From NCBI GenBank assembly GCA_963575745.1, contig CAUYUJ010000003.1, positions 496,001 to 560,000 of the forward strand: 64,000 bases of DNA, given 5' to 3'. The position numbers and the translations under genes are program-made. Shown here one piece after another: positions 1 through 12,990 of this stretch (position 1 is the stretch's first letter; each line of letters opens with the position of its first letter). Below the pieces are notes generated by a model. That model did no database searches, was not told the origin of the DNA, and saw only the letters and a list, made by a program, of their open reading frames with translations. The stretch comes from Prorocentrum cordatum. Lineage: Eukaryota.

Positions 1-1181
1 CGTGATGCTGGTGATGTTGGTGAGGCTCGTCGTCAGCGGGACCATGGAAATCAGGATCACTGCGACAGGGCGAGGCTGATCGGCCGCGCGCCACAGGAGG
101 GAGGAGCGGAGGCGGGTCTGCGCGTTCTTATCCTCGGGGACCCACAACACGGAGACCCTGCCCGCCAGGCGGTCCCATAGCTCCTCGTTCCCTTTTATCG
201 GCCAACGTCGCGAGCACCCTGCAGAGCCGGGGTAAATGCAGGGCAGGGTCACGCGTTTGAGCACATCCGACCACTGCGTGAAGAACTCCACGTGGGGGAG
301 ATTGATGTTCTGCTGGACAACGATGATTGCCTCCAGCCCGAACTCCCGATAGAGGGGCGGCGGTCGTTCAGGCTTGATCTTCCGCCGCTCCTTAAGGGCC
401 CTAGGGAGCTCGTCTTCGCACCTGGGCGCCGCGGCGATGAACTCGGCCAGGAGGATTCGAGCCTTCGCGGCGTCGTGCGGCCATCCCTGCGCGAAATACA
501 AGGATATCACTTCGCAGGCGGCCCTCGTCCGGGCTGCGATATTGTTGTCCGCCGGGTCGGGACCCTCGAATCTCGCAAACCCTAGGGTCGCCCAGTGGTC
601 GTCGGCCGATACGTTGTAGCCCAGTCGAGTCAAGATGGCCACGAGGTCGGTATAGTCCTGGGGGGGGGGCTTGACGGGGATCGACTGCGGGCCGTCAGCC
701 TCCGACGCGGGCAGGGAGGCGTGCACCAGCTCAGAGTGGTGCAGGACCTCGGTGTCCACCTAGTTCTGCAAGAGGACCTCGCGTGGTGAGGGTCTCCCGA
801 GCCCCGGCGGTCCCGCTGCGTCCGCTGACGCCGCCGCCAGCACGGGGGCCGCCGGCGCCGCCGCGGCAGCGGCGCTCGCAGCATGCGCGGCAGCCTCAGT
901 CCTCTCAATGGTCCCACGTCGACCTCGATAGCGTCGAGGTCGGCCGACGTCTGCGACATCCCTAGGTTTTCGGAGCCACTCATCTGGAGATCCGCAACGC
1001 CCTGCGTGGCGCCAGTGGTCTCGTCGTCGTCCATGTTCGCAGCCTCCGCCGCGGCGGCTGGAGCTGCCGCAGCTGGGGCAGCCGCCGCACCTCCAGCAGC
1101 ACCATGCGCGACGCAGTAGTCGAAGCCCGGGACCGCCTCGCCGTGCATCCCATGGCTGAGGCATAGACGGCAAGGCGACAT
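1..1181 (-). pseudogene. Disrupted ORF of unknown function, possibly a retroelement ORF1 or a retroposed gene; runs off the left edge
   Basis: ATG at 1181 gives MSPCRLCLSHG...DYCVAHG followed by an Ala-rich linker. There is a frameshift near 915 and an in-frame TAG at 760-762. After that, 253 stop-free codons run to base 1 (QDYTDLVAILTRLGYNVSADDHWATLGF...VSVLWVPEDKNAQTRLRSSL), translated by hand and absent from the ORF track. Confidence 0.6.
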
Positions 1182-1427
1182 AGCAGGGCGAAAGTATGGA
1201 GTGGGATGGGAGAAGCCGAAATTCGCCCTGTGGGCGGGCACTCGGGGCCTTGAGCCAAGGGCTGGGCAGGGAATGAGACGCAGAGGCCAGGCCCAACGCC
1301 AACGCCCGCCGCCCTCCTCGCAGACGGCACAATGGGGTCCTCTTTGGAAATCCAAGTCGGCTAGGACACGCGTCGGCAGGTAGAAAAATAAACGCGCAAC
1401 TCGGGGACTCCGAAATGGAGTCCCAAA

Positions 1428-1577
1428 AGATGGTGTCGGAGGGTCGCGCCGCATCGACGACCCATCGGCGATGCACCGTCGACATCGGCGATGCATCGGC
1501 GACGTCGACGTGAAGCAAGACGGAATCGCCGCGTCGCCAACGCATCAGCGATGCGGAGCGATCCTTCGACCCCATCT
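1428..1577. mobile_element. MITE-like ~150-bp element with imperfect 29-bp terminal inverted repeats
   Basis: 1428-1456 matches the reverse complement of 1549-1577 at 25/29 positions. A related copy lies at 61444-61564. Confidence 0.6.
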
Positions 1578-2099
1578 ATTCGGATCCCATTTGGGAGGCC
1601 TACGAGTAGTGGGTGGGAGAAGGGAAGGGATGGGTGGGATGGATGGCGCGAGCTCAGCCAGCTTGGCCCAACCCCCTCTGCCCTGACCCCCCCCTTGGGA
1701 GCCCTCCGACCCGGGATCCCCTCGCAACCCTTGCGGCCTGCGCGGCGCGCGGCTGGGAGGCCGGGAGGCCGCAAGGGCGGCCTGGATCCGGGAGCTTCCT
1801 CTGAGAAAGAAAACCCTTGTTTTGGCAGGAAGGGGATACAGGGTGTGACGGTGGCCCAGAGATCCGACGCTCCCAAAAAATTAGTTCTGGCAGTTTTTGG
1901 CCGTTGTCAGCCTTTGGGGGCCCTCGACAGGCCTCGGGAGCGTCAAATCGAATCAGGACGAAAAAACAAGCCCTGTAGGAAAGTGGTCCAGACCTCCGGG
2001 GCCAACGTATCGAAAAAATTGGAACAGGCGGATGTCCTGGGCAATAAACATACGCGATACTGCAGGGATGGCCCGATCGCCGAGCGCGGCGTTCAGAAT

Positions 2100-2690
2100 C
2101 CCCGTTGAAAGCAATGTGCGCCCAGGATGCCCGAGGTGTGCCCGCCAGTATGGCCCAAGCAGGGCTCCAACGCGAAGGAGAAGGCTTTTGAAACATCCCA
2201 GATGGCCTGAGGACGGCTCAAGAGACCTGGGAGACGCCCAGAGAAGGCCACATAACCCCAAGAAAGCACCCAGAGGCAACATTCATTGAGCTTCCTATGG
2301 GTCTTGAAAGGTTCTCGCACTCTCGCCATTTCAAAAACAAATTGAACCCCGATGCTGCCGAGAAACTCCCCGTATTGGCCCAAGACGACCGAAGAGGCTT
2401 CTAAGAAGGCCTTGGTGATTGACCATGAAGGCCCCAAGGCTGCCCCAAAGGAGCCCAAGACGGCCAAAGAGGTTTCCACGAGGGTCCCAAGAGGCAAGAG
2501 CGGGGACTCGTAAGGGGCCTCGGAGCCATCCCCCACCTGATGATCTCCCTAAGACGTCCAGCATGCCCCCAGGAGACCCCCAAAGAAGCTCTCAGACAGC
2601 TCAAAGAGCACCCGACAGCCCTGATCTTGCTCCCAGAAGGTCTACACCGAGGTCTCCAGGAGGCCACCCCAGAAGAGACGCGGAGGCAGA
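2100..2690 (+). repeat. Degenerate CCAAGA/GGCCC-rich dispersed repeat fragment
   Basis: Uses the same motif vocabulary (cccaaga, gaagaggc, ctccaag) as 9645-11433 and 29407-30354. Confidence 0.5.
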
Positions 2691-5600
2691 GGGGGACAAA
2701 CACGAAACAACTACTTTCTAAGCGGCAGCGCTGGTGGTCGCAAACGCGTCTGCCGATCCGGAGGGTCGCGCCAGCCCGAAACAACTACACGCAGACAGCA
2801 CAACGCATACGAAATTAGAAGCCGCACATTTCTTACTCCTGAAAACAAGAACCCGCCCGGGCACGTGCGTACCATCTCGGCGATCCCCCAAGAAACACAG
2901 GCGAAACTGTACCTGCGGTAGATGGAGAGTTGTCGCCGCCTGGAGCGCACACAAAGGAGGTGCATGCGAAGAGAAGTCCTGCTATAAAAGATCCAGCGGC
3001 ACTGTCGTCGGTCCACAAAAACCTAAGGCGCCCCAAGACTTCACTTGCTCCCCAGGACCATCGGGGCAATAGGAATCAGACACGTCCGAGGGCCACCTGG
3101 CGCAGGGCCTGTGCCTCGCTTGCGGTGCCCACTGCGCCGAGAGTGAATTGGTTATTGAGCCCACTCCTCGGCGAGAGCGTCTTCTGTGCTGCCCAGCACT
3201 CACCCCTGCCATCCCTTGCCATTCATGGGAGACGCACGAACCCGGATCAGCGCAGACCCGGCTCAACAACGGCTCCGTCGCGAACCCAAGCCGGCCAAGA
3301 AGTAGCTCCCAAACCCGGGTCCGCGGAGGGCGGCAGGCGCGGGGTCGGCTCCAGGTGGCTCCCAAGAAGGGATCAGCCAGAGGCTCTCGAGGGGGATTGG
3401 CTGATCCCCCTCAGCGCTGACCCCCGGTACGTGAGCTGGAGGGCCGGACATGTACCCACACGGCTACTCCCTGGACCTCTCCAGGGGTGCGTTCTGACTA
3501 GAATTTCGAGGCGAACCTAGCGGTGGCGACGAGGGCCCGCGCAAAAAGGCGCAATCGAGGCGGGGGCAGCAGTATCGAAAGAGATTGGCTGACCCCCGTT
3601 AGCGCTGACCTTCGTTGCAGTCGGACCTAGGACAGACGAACATTCTTCAAGAACGCGAGACCCTCCGCCGGCTAAAACACACAGAACATCCAAGGGCACC
3701 CTCTCCAGGGGACGGGAGGGGGCATAATATAGCGCTCCCCCCCCCTCCAGACTGTGGTGCCGGACGCACTGCGGCAGTGCCGGGGGCGCACTGAGAGGGG
3801 GAGCGTTACGTTGTGGGGGGGGGAGGGGGGATGGTAGGGGGCATAACGCGCATCATGGCCCACAGGTTAAAAAACACTCTCTACCTCGGTCCGACCCTAC
3901 GTGAGCCTCGAATTCCGATAAGCCAGGGGTGCCGGGCCTCTCGGCTGGAGGCCTCCAGGTTGCGTCGCCGCTCCTCCGCCAGCTCCTCCGCGAGCCTGTC
4001 GGGGTCCGGGAGTTCAGGCCTGCAGGCGGCTCGGGAGCACACTCACAGCCAATGATGAGAACACCACGATGTATGATGAGAAACTGCGAGATAATATGAT
4101 AAGACAACCACGAGATAAGAACCACAGACAACGATTAGATTGTACAACTATCCCCGCGTCGTTTGTTTTCGACGCGCCCAAGTGGACGACGCCGACACCA
4201 CGGCAGCCCCACGGCAAACCCACGGCAAGCCCTGCGTCCGAGGCGGCGTCTGCCCTGGTGGCCGCGGCGCCCTCCCCAAGACGGAAGCCCGCGCTTCGGA
4301 AGATACGGCACGGCCACAGCTGATAGCTGATCGGGGGCTCAAAGGGAAGCAGCTGTTGACATGCCAAGACAGGTCGCGCCAGAGGAAACAATAGGAGTCA
4401 TATCAAGAAACAGCGTTATCATTGACCGCCGTGGGTGCAGGGAGCAATGAATTAAAGGCGATGAGAGCTTCGCGCTTCGGACGGTCGCTCTGGTGTCCGG
4501 TGCGCTGCCACAGACAGACAAACACAGAACGCCGAGACACCCGTGGATCCAGCAGCCAGCAGGAGGTGCGTCGTTAGCGAAGGCGCTCGTGGCACAGCGT
4601 GCTCTGAAGTCGGGAGAATGACTCGGGCTCCCGAACCCCAGAACGATCGTCGGTGGGGGGGGCAGAGAACTCTTGCGGCGCTGGGGCCGCTCTCTAAGAC
4701 TTGCTCGCCGAGAGCTGCGACGCGGTGCCACCTGCTACCCTCAGTCCAAGCGCCTTCCTGCACACGGCTGGACCTGGGACAAACTTACATCCTTCAAGAA
4801 CATGAGACTCTCCGCTGGCCAAACTGAAGAACATTCGAGGGTACCCTCCCCCAGGATGCACAATAACATCCAACACACACGAAGAACATTAGAGTACCCT
4901 CCAGGAAGCGACTCGGCCTCATACTTCGGTCCGACCGTACTTCGAAACGTGTCGCAGAAAACACATGTGCTGGCGGCAGCGCTCGCGCGACCCTCGCAAG
5001 CGTTTCTCTGGAACTCCCGCGCCACACTCCCGAGCCCAGGGGGACGCAGCATCCAAGCTCCGACGTGGCCGGCCGCAGGGCGGGACCCTCCCCCCCCTCC
5101 GGTGACCCCGCCCCAGAACAAATCATACAGTCGAAACGCTGTCAAAGAACCCATGCATAAGGAACGAAGCCTCAATTTTTCCATAAGTTGAACTTCGATT
5201 TCCCATGGAAAAGCTAAGGCCAACCTAAGACAAGCTGTAAAACAAGGCTGTAAAACAAGAACAGCGGCAGTTAGCCCCTCCACAACGAAAAGGGTTCCTT
5301 TTTTCAGCGGCCCGACTCTACGCTGTACCGCAGGTAGTTGCCCCTCCACGGAGGCTCACGTCGGCATGTAACAGAGTGGGGCTCCCAAATTACCAATATC
5401 GGCCCATCCGATGACAAATCTCTGGTGGGCCAGTTTGGGATGGAAAATGCCGAAACACACATAAACGCCGACAATCTGCACAGCAACCGCGCGCTAAGGA
5501 ACATTCAAAGCGGTTGCTTTGGATGACATCCGACAAAAACCGCCTTGCTCAGCACCAACCATGTGCGGGGAGCCAGCCGGTGGCAACTCCCGTGCACCTC

Positions 5601-6291
5601 CCTGATTTGATCCAACGTGGGTGAGGCGTTAGGGCGGCTCGACCCGCCCCTATCTCTCAGAGCAAGTCGTGCCGAAGGCCGTTCTCTGAGCCCCCCTGGG
5701 GGGGGGGGCGACCCTCCGAAAGGCCTCCAGGGGCCGACGGAATCGCCAGCCGCCCTAGCTCTCAACGCGCTGGGGGGGCATAGCTCTCTTGGGCAGACCC
5801 TGAGCTTGAGTACCTACCAGCCAGACCAGAGTACGCGTAGCACCGCGTGTCCCCAATCCGCAGATGCATCGCCCCCGACCCCCGCATCTGGACCTCAAGC
5901 CGCCCGCCCAATCCCCGCCCCCCCGCCCCCCGGGCACAAACACCGCGGCCCTTCCACGCCCTGAGCTACCCGGGGGGACGGCCGCCCCGCGACGACGCGA
6001 GGCGGCAGGTTTGGGCAAGCCCTGGCGGTTCGCCGCCGTAGTTCACCAGGACCGCGCCGTCGGGGACGCGCCTCGCTCGACCAGTCCCGATTGGCGTCGC
6101 AATCGGCATGTCGTAGCGGAGGCCAGTGGCGGCAGCTGGCATGTGCAATAGCAGCTGCGGCCAGAAGGGAGGTCCTCAGCTTCCGCAGCCTAGTGGTCGG
6201 GGAAACTAGCGGGGCACGGGCGGCTGCGCCGCGCCCGCTGCAAACCCGCGCGCGTCATTGAGAAGGAACGTGGACCCAAGGCTGCGTTCGT

Positions 6292-6292
6292 T

Positions 6293-6358
<66 letters not shown>

Positions 6359-6377
6359 GTCGTCGTCGTCGTCGTCG

Positions 6378-6446
<69 letters not shown>

Positions 6447-6501
6447 TCATCATCATCATCATCATCATCGTCACCGTCATCATCATCATCATCATCATCA
6501 A

Positions 6502-6538
<37 letters not shown>

Positions 6539-6770
6539 GTCACCGTCATCATCACCATCATCACCATCGTCATCACCACCTTCACCATCATCATCAACAT
6601 CATCACCATCACCACCATCATCAACACAACCATAATCAAAATCCTCATCCCCAATCATCCTCATCATCGTCATTACCGTCATCACAATCATCATCACCGT
6701 CATCAGTACCACCGCCATCACTATCATCTAACATCATCACCATCATCGCATCTAACAGCATCACCATCAT
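6292..6770. repeat. (TCA)n/(TCG)n trinucleotide microsatellite with degenerate tail
   Basis: Directly visible; it explains the poly-M, poly-D and poly-S ORFs. Confidence 0.97.
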
Positions 6771-6813
6771 CGCTGCAATATGTTATCCCCATCTAGCGCC
6801 GACGCACCGAACC

Positions 6814-6912
6814 AAATTCGGTAGCACCGAATGAAATTCGGTAGCGCCGAACGAAATATGGTAGCGACGGCGCGATCAAATTCGATAACGCCGAAAAGAA
6901 ATTCGGTAGCGC
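6814..6912. repeat. Short tandem of ~5 degenerate ~20-bp units (AAATTCGGTAGCGCCGA)
   Basis: aaattcggtagcaccga, aaattcggtagcgccga, aaatatggtagcgacgg, aaattcgataacgccga, aaattcggtagcgcac. Confidence 0.75.
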
Positions 6913-7543
6913 ACTACCCGCTTTCAAGCGCAATTTCGATCGTGCATGCAGTGCGCTCGCTACTGGGTTTGAGCGTTGATTTCGGCATTCGGTCGCGACC
7001 GGATTCTGTGAAGCGGTACCGGAAAAAGTCGAGATCGGATGATCTGGGTGGTGTCTGCCCGGCGCAAGCGTAGAGCTCGCGGCTCCCGAGGTGTTTTCAC
7101 GGTTCACAGTTCAAGACGGCGTCTCGTGTAAGCGACGCGTCGCGGGAGCCTTCAGCCCCCTTCGTCAGGCATGGGCCCAGATGGCAGACGTGGCAGTTTG
7201 GGCTCACACCATTTGGCCCCATGCTTGACGAAGGGGGCTAAGAGCTCCCGAAACGTGTGCGCGAATGCCGTATGATAAGAATGTACGATGAATACGCCAG
7301 GGCCTGGCCATGGCGACACGTTTCGAGCGGCGCGCGGCCAGCGAAAACGGCCAAAGATGGGCCGAAAGGGAAGACTGCAAGGGCAACCTTGGAAAATCGC
7401 TCATCCTGGCCATCCCTGTTGACTGCAGACGACGTCCTGAACTGTGCGCCGTAAAAAACGGCCAGGGGAGCTGTCGTGCGGCGCGCGGGCCGTTGCTCGA
7501 CGGCCCCGCGGCCAGGCAGGTGGCACCCATGCAGAAACACGGG

Positions 7544-7575
<32 letters not shown>

Positions 7576-7599
7576 ATATATGTGTATACATATGTATAT

Positions 7600-7631
<32 letters not shown>

Positions 7632-7632
7632 C

Positions 7633-7668
<36 letters not shown>
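7544..7668. repeat. (TA)n + (GA)n compound microsatellite
   Basis: Directly visible. Confidence 0.97.
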
Positions 7669-7670
<2 letters not shown>

Positions 7671-8841
7671 GACGAATCAGGACGTCGTCATGCGAGCGAC
7701 GAAAAGAAGGGAAGCGTTGTTTATAATTCGCGGTAGCGGCCTTTCCCGACCCCGGAGGCCCCCTCTCCCCCCGCCCCGGTGACGTCACGATTCATGCTGA
7801 CCTTCGAGCGGTCTTCGGCCACTCCTTAACATTCTCGGACGGCGTCTGCGCGAAACGTTGCGTTTCCTGCCCACGGCCCTCCCCCCTTGCCCCAAATTTG
7901 TTTCTCAGACACGTTTGATTATAAGATCGTCTGGCGTGCTGTCGTTGGCACAAGCGAAAACTGCTGTGAGACGAGGATGCGTCTGTTCAACTGGATGTCA
8001 GACTAACCCAGCACGCCAAACTAACCCGGGATGCCCCAGGACGCCAAACTGACCCAGGATGCCTAAAGCACTGGGCTGGCGAGGCGGCAGGCCCTCGATG
8101 CCGCTTCGACCTTCTCTCTGAGGCGGATGGCCTGGCGGAGGAGACCGGTCCTCGCCCAGGAACGTATAAACAAACCCTCTTCGACGGGTCTTGCGCAAGA
8201 GGTCATAGCTTTGGACGCCCGAAATGGGCACGGAAGCAATGGGCACAATGCCCAACAGCAAATGTCGTCCCGAACCAACAGCGGCCGCTGTTGGGCAGGC
8301 GGCCTTCTGTCTCAAACAGACACAGGCCGCGGCGACACCGACAGCGAGTCCTGTTCAAAATGAACAGGAACTGCTGTTGGGCATTGTACCTATTCTTTCC
8401 GTACACATGTCGGTCGTCCCGAGTAGCGACCTCACGCGGTGGCCGAGGCGGGCCGCCGGCGCGGCTCGCCAGCGAGGGACCCCCCCCGGGCGCTATCTTG
8501 CTCGGGGGGGGACGAGAGGATAGCAAAGGGCAGGGTAGAGAAGCAGATCATGAAACTGGTTTTCCTGGCGCCTGCTGGCGCCAGGAGGCGCCCGTGTATC
8601 GAGGAACGGGCCCGTCGGCGGGGCGGAAACCAGCTGCGTGCTGCAGACTTCGCACTCCCCCCCTTTTCCCTATCCTAGTCATGCCCGACTTACGCAGGCA
8701 GCTGACGCGCGAATATCTGAACAAACGAACCCAGACCCCGACGTCATGACTTTTTCATAACGTCGACCCCCCCGAGGTCTCGACCCATTGCTTGGGACCG
8801 GCCTTTCAGAGGCCCGGCGAGGGCCCCTGAGGCCGAATAGT

Positions 8842-9406
8842 TATATATATATATATATATATATATGCGCGCACATGTGTATCATTATATTTTTACAGGA
8901 TATAAGCATACATACGTGTATGTGTATGTGTATATATGAATTAAAACATATACATACATACACACATACATACATACATGCATGCATGCATGCATGCATG
9001 CATACAGACATACACACATACATACATACAGGCAGACCGACATACAGACACACATACCTACATACATACATACACACATGCATATATACATGCATGCATG
9101 CATGCATGCATGCATACATACGTACATACAGACCGACAGGCAGGCAGACAGACAGGCAGACATACACACATACATACACAACTCTAAACATACGTACGTA
9201 CATATATACATACATATATACATACATACCTACCTACATACATACATACATACATACATACATACATACATACATACATGCATACATCCACACATACATA
9301 CATGCATACATACATACACACATACATACATACATACATACATACGTACATACGTACATACGTACATACGTACATACGTACATACGTCCATACGTCCATA
9401 CGTACA

Positions 9407-9438
<32 letters not shown>

Positions 9439-9609
9439 CATACATACATACATACATACATACCTGCATGTATGCATGCATGCATCCATCCATACATACA
9501 TACATACATACATAATTACATACATACATACATGCATACCTGTATACATGCACACATACATACATGCACGCATGCATGCATGCATACATACTTACATACG
9601 TGTATATAT

Positions 9610-9644
<35 letters not shown>
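8842..9644. repeat. ~800-bp (TACA)n/(TGCA)n/(TA)n compound microsatellite
   Basis: Directly visible. Confidence 0.97.
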
Positions 9645-11433
9645 CTGGCCCAACGGGCCAAGGGCGTGCTAAGATCTCTGGAGACCGGTTAACAGTATTC
9701 TAGATCGCGCGCACGGGGCCGCCCCTGGGGGTACCCGGATGAAAATTACCCCCGCAAGTCCCGGCCAAGTCCCGTCCAGGTCCTGGCAGGCTCCCAAGAG
9801 CGTTCCAGGAGCGCTTCAAGTGGCCTCCAAGAGAGCTCAATATGGCCCGAGACGGCCCAAGAGCGATAAAAGACGCCAAATATGGCCTCCAGACAACCCA
9901 AAGCGCCTGCAAGACGCCCCCGGAGGCCTCCAAGAGACCTCCCAAGAGGGCCCACAGAGGCAGAAATTAGTGATTTTGCTATAACCTGAGAAGTTTTTGG
10001 CGTTCTCGCGTTGGAAGCTAACTGGCGCTCCAAGACGGCCGAAGAGGCCTCCAGGATCGCCCCAAAACAGCTCAAGAGGCCCCCAGCGCTCAAAACGGTC
10101 CCAGAGGTACCCAAGACAGCCCCAGAGGCTTCCAAGGTGGCCGAAGAGACTCCCAAGACGGCTCCAAGGGCGAACCCAGACGAGGGACCCTAACGGACAT
10201 GTCGAGCTCTAGGCGCAGAGAGGTCCCCTGGAAGCCCGAAGAGGCCCCCAAGAATCCCCCAAGAGGCCTCCGAGAGGCCCCAAGAGACCCCCAAGAGGCT
10301 CCAAGAGACCTCCTAAGAGGCTCCACAGACGCAGGAATTATAGATTCCTGTTATTTTTTGAACGTTCTTGGCGTTCTAGCCTTGGGAGCTGACCGGCGCT
10401 CGAAGACGGCCCAAGAGGCTTCCAGGTTCGCCCGAACACGGCCCGTCCACAACTGTCCCAGAGGGCCCCAAGACAGCCCCAGAGGACTCCAAGATGGCCG
10501 AAGAGGCTCCCAAGACGGCTCCAAGAGCGGACCCAGACGAGGAACCCTAACAGACATGTCGAGCTCTAGGCGCAGAGAGGTCCCCTGGAAGCCCGAAGAG
10601 GGTCCCAAGAAAGCCCCCAAGAGGCACCCGAGAGGCCCCAAGAGACCCCCAAGAGGCTCCAAGAGACCTCCCAAGAGGCTCCAGAGGCAGACTAGTGATG
10701 TTCCTCCAATGTTTGAAGGCTTTTGCGTTCTCGCCTTGGGGGCTTACTGGCGCTCCAAGACGGCCCAAGAGGCTTCCTTCCAGGATCGCCCCAACACGGC
10801 CCAATAGGCCTCCAAGAGCGCCCACAACTGCCCCAGAGGGCCCCAAGACAGCCCCAGAGGACTCCAAGATGGCCGAAGAGGCTCCCAAGACGGCTCCAAG
10901 AGCGGGCCCAGACGAGGGACGTTAACGGACATTCTGCGCTCCAGGCGCAGCGAGGTCCCCTGGAGGCCCCAAGAGGCCCCCCAAAAGATCCCAAGAGGCC
11001 CCCGAGAGGCCCAAAGAGACCACCAAGAGGCCCCCAAGAGGCCCCCGTACTGCCCCAGGAGGTGTGAGACATACCGCCAAGAGGCCCCAAAAGAGGCCTC
11101 CTATCGTTTCACCAACCCTTCCTTATTTCTTCCATCTCCTCCTTCTCCCCCCTCTGCGTCAACGACCCTCAATCCTCGAACCAAAGCGCACCGCCAAGAG
11201 GCCCCCGAGCGGCCTCCCAGAAGAACCCAAGCGACTCCCAAAGAGGCGCCTTCTCCATGACGAGTTTCGCCCCAACTTGACACACAACGCTCTCAGGAGA
11301 CCTCTCCTCATCCTCATCCCCCCCCTTCCTCCTCGTCGTCCTCCTCCTTCACCTTTTCGCTCGCCACGAACACACAAACATGTAGCATCAATGATGCAAG
11401 ATGGGCCGGCGGAGTGAGCGAAACGATGAAATA
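9645..11433. mobile_element. Non-autonomous Helentron/HINE-like element with internal CCAAGA-rich tandem units (copy 1)
   Basis: Shares its left end (GGCCCAACGGGCCA..GGGCGTGCTAAGATCTC) and right end (GGGCCGGCGGAxTGAGCGAAxCGATxAAATA) with 29407-30354. It contains ~360-bp internal duplications, e.g. GACATGTCGAGCTCTAGGCGCAGAGAGGTCCCCTGG at ~10196 and ~10553. Confidence 0.6.
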
Positions 11434-12990
11434 TGAAGAAGATCCGTCGTTCCATGACTCGAGGAGATCTGGAAACCCGTTCTTTCCTGCGTCGCTCATA
11501 TTCTCACGACGGCCAGCAGCGTCAGGAGCGGGCGCGGGGCGGCGCGGGGCGCGCGGCGGGGGGGGGCCTCTCCGGCGAGCCCGCCCGGGGGGTCAGCTCC
11601 TCGATCTGCCGCCTGGCGTCCTTGCATGAAGCCTCCGAGGCCGCGAGCCGGTCCTGCCCATGTCATGTCGTCCAGCATCCAAATCAAGTGCGCATCTCCC
11701 CAGACCCTCTCGGTTGACGAACAAAATCATGACGGGAATTTGTTTCGCAAATTTCGGCCACTGGGGGCCCTTGCTGGGCCTCGGGACCGCCAAAAAACGA
11801 CTCAGGATGATAAGCTGGTCCTGGGGAATGGGTCGAGACCTCTGGGGGTCGACGCCATGAACAGACATCATGACGTCGTTTTCCTGGGTCCTTGGGGGGG
11901 CAACTTGGGTTTCCGCTGGCTTCCGTCGGCCTTCTGCCTTCGGAGCCGCCCCAGGCTCACTTCGGCGAGAGTGCGCCAGCCCGTGTCAGCGCGAATCCGG
12001 GCCAGCCACTTTGGATTCTGAGCTCCAGCCGTGGCGTCATAAACCGCGTTCCTCACAAATGGAAATGAACCCAAATTCGATAAACGCGGGAGCCACCCTT
12101 ACGAGCCTGGCAAGCACTCTCCAACCCAATGGGTTGCACTGAATGATCGCTCCCAGCGGCGATGGCGCAGTGAAAACAACGAAGCTGTCGATGCGGAAGC
12201 CATGGCTCGAGAAACAAGCGAGACCGACAAACCAAGGTGATCAGAAGCATGACGGCAATCCCAGAAGCAAACATAAGAATGTCGAAGGGGATCAGCTAGA
12301 CTGAATCTGCACGATAGAACCATTCGGCCCAAACGCATGGACTCAGATAAAACACATCGTGCTGACGGAGGCACGCAATAGGATGTCCCTACTCTACCAA
12401 TTATTCCAAAGCCTGGGCCCATCGCGCTGGACACGCAGGTGCAATTCTGCGAACAAAAACCAGCCTGGGACCCAGTGCCACCGACGAGCGAGGAGACCAG
12501 GGGGCGAAATGCCGAGAACAAACGCCTCAGTAAATGTGACTGTAGCGCTGCGCCACGAAAACTGATCGTTCACTCGATATCGCTGTTGCCAGACTAGGTA
12601 TGTGCTTACATGTTTCCCCTCTTGGTGACCTGGATACCGTTCAGCAGGATCCCCTATCACAAACTCTAGAAGCCTGCAACGGCTCGATGCCGTTCAACAG
12701 GAGACCCCATCACAAACTCCAGGACCTTGCAATGCCTCAGGGCCTTGCCAACAATAATTCCCGCACTTGCCCACCACGCGGCGACCAGCGCGGAGGGGCA
12801 ACGACGTGGAGGGGCAGGGGGATCTCGATGTGCAATGAACGCGCGGAAGACGCGCTGGAGCATCGGGGACCTTTTTCGCCGAGCATTATTGGAACGATAG
12901 GTCCCAAACCAGCGCTTGCACTGAAAGCTTCGTACTTGTATTCCAAATGATTGGCTGCCTCCTCCTCCTCCTCCGCCACCAGATTTCTAC

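Noticed and set aside
6190..6727. Poly-Met/Asp/Ser ORFs, and similar ORFs over other microsatellites
   Set aside because: These are translations of simple repeats with no coding evidence.
6814..6912. Mini-CRISPR or iteron array
   Set aside because: Units are nearly head-to-tail and degenerate, with no unique spacers and no associated rep or cas gene.
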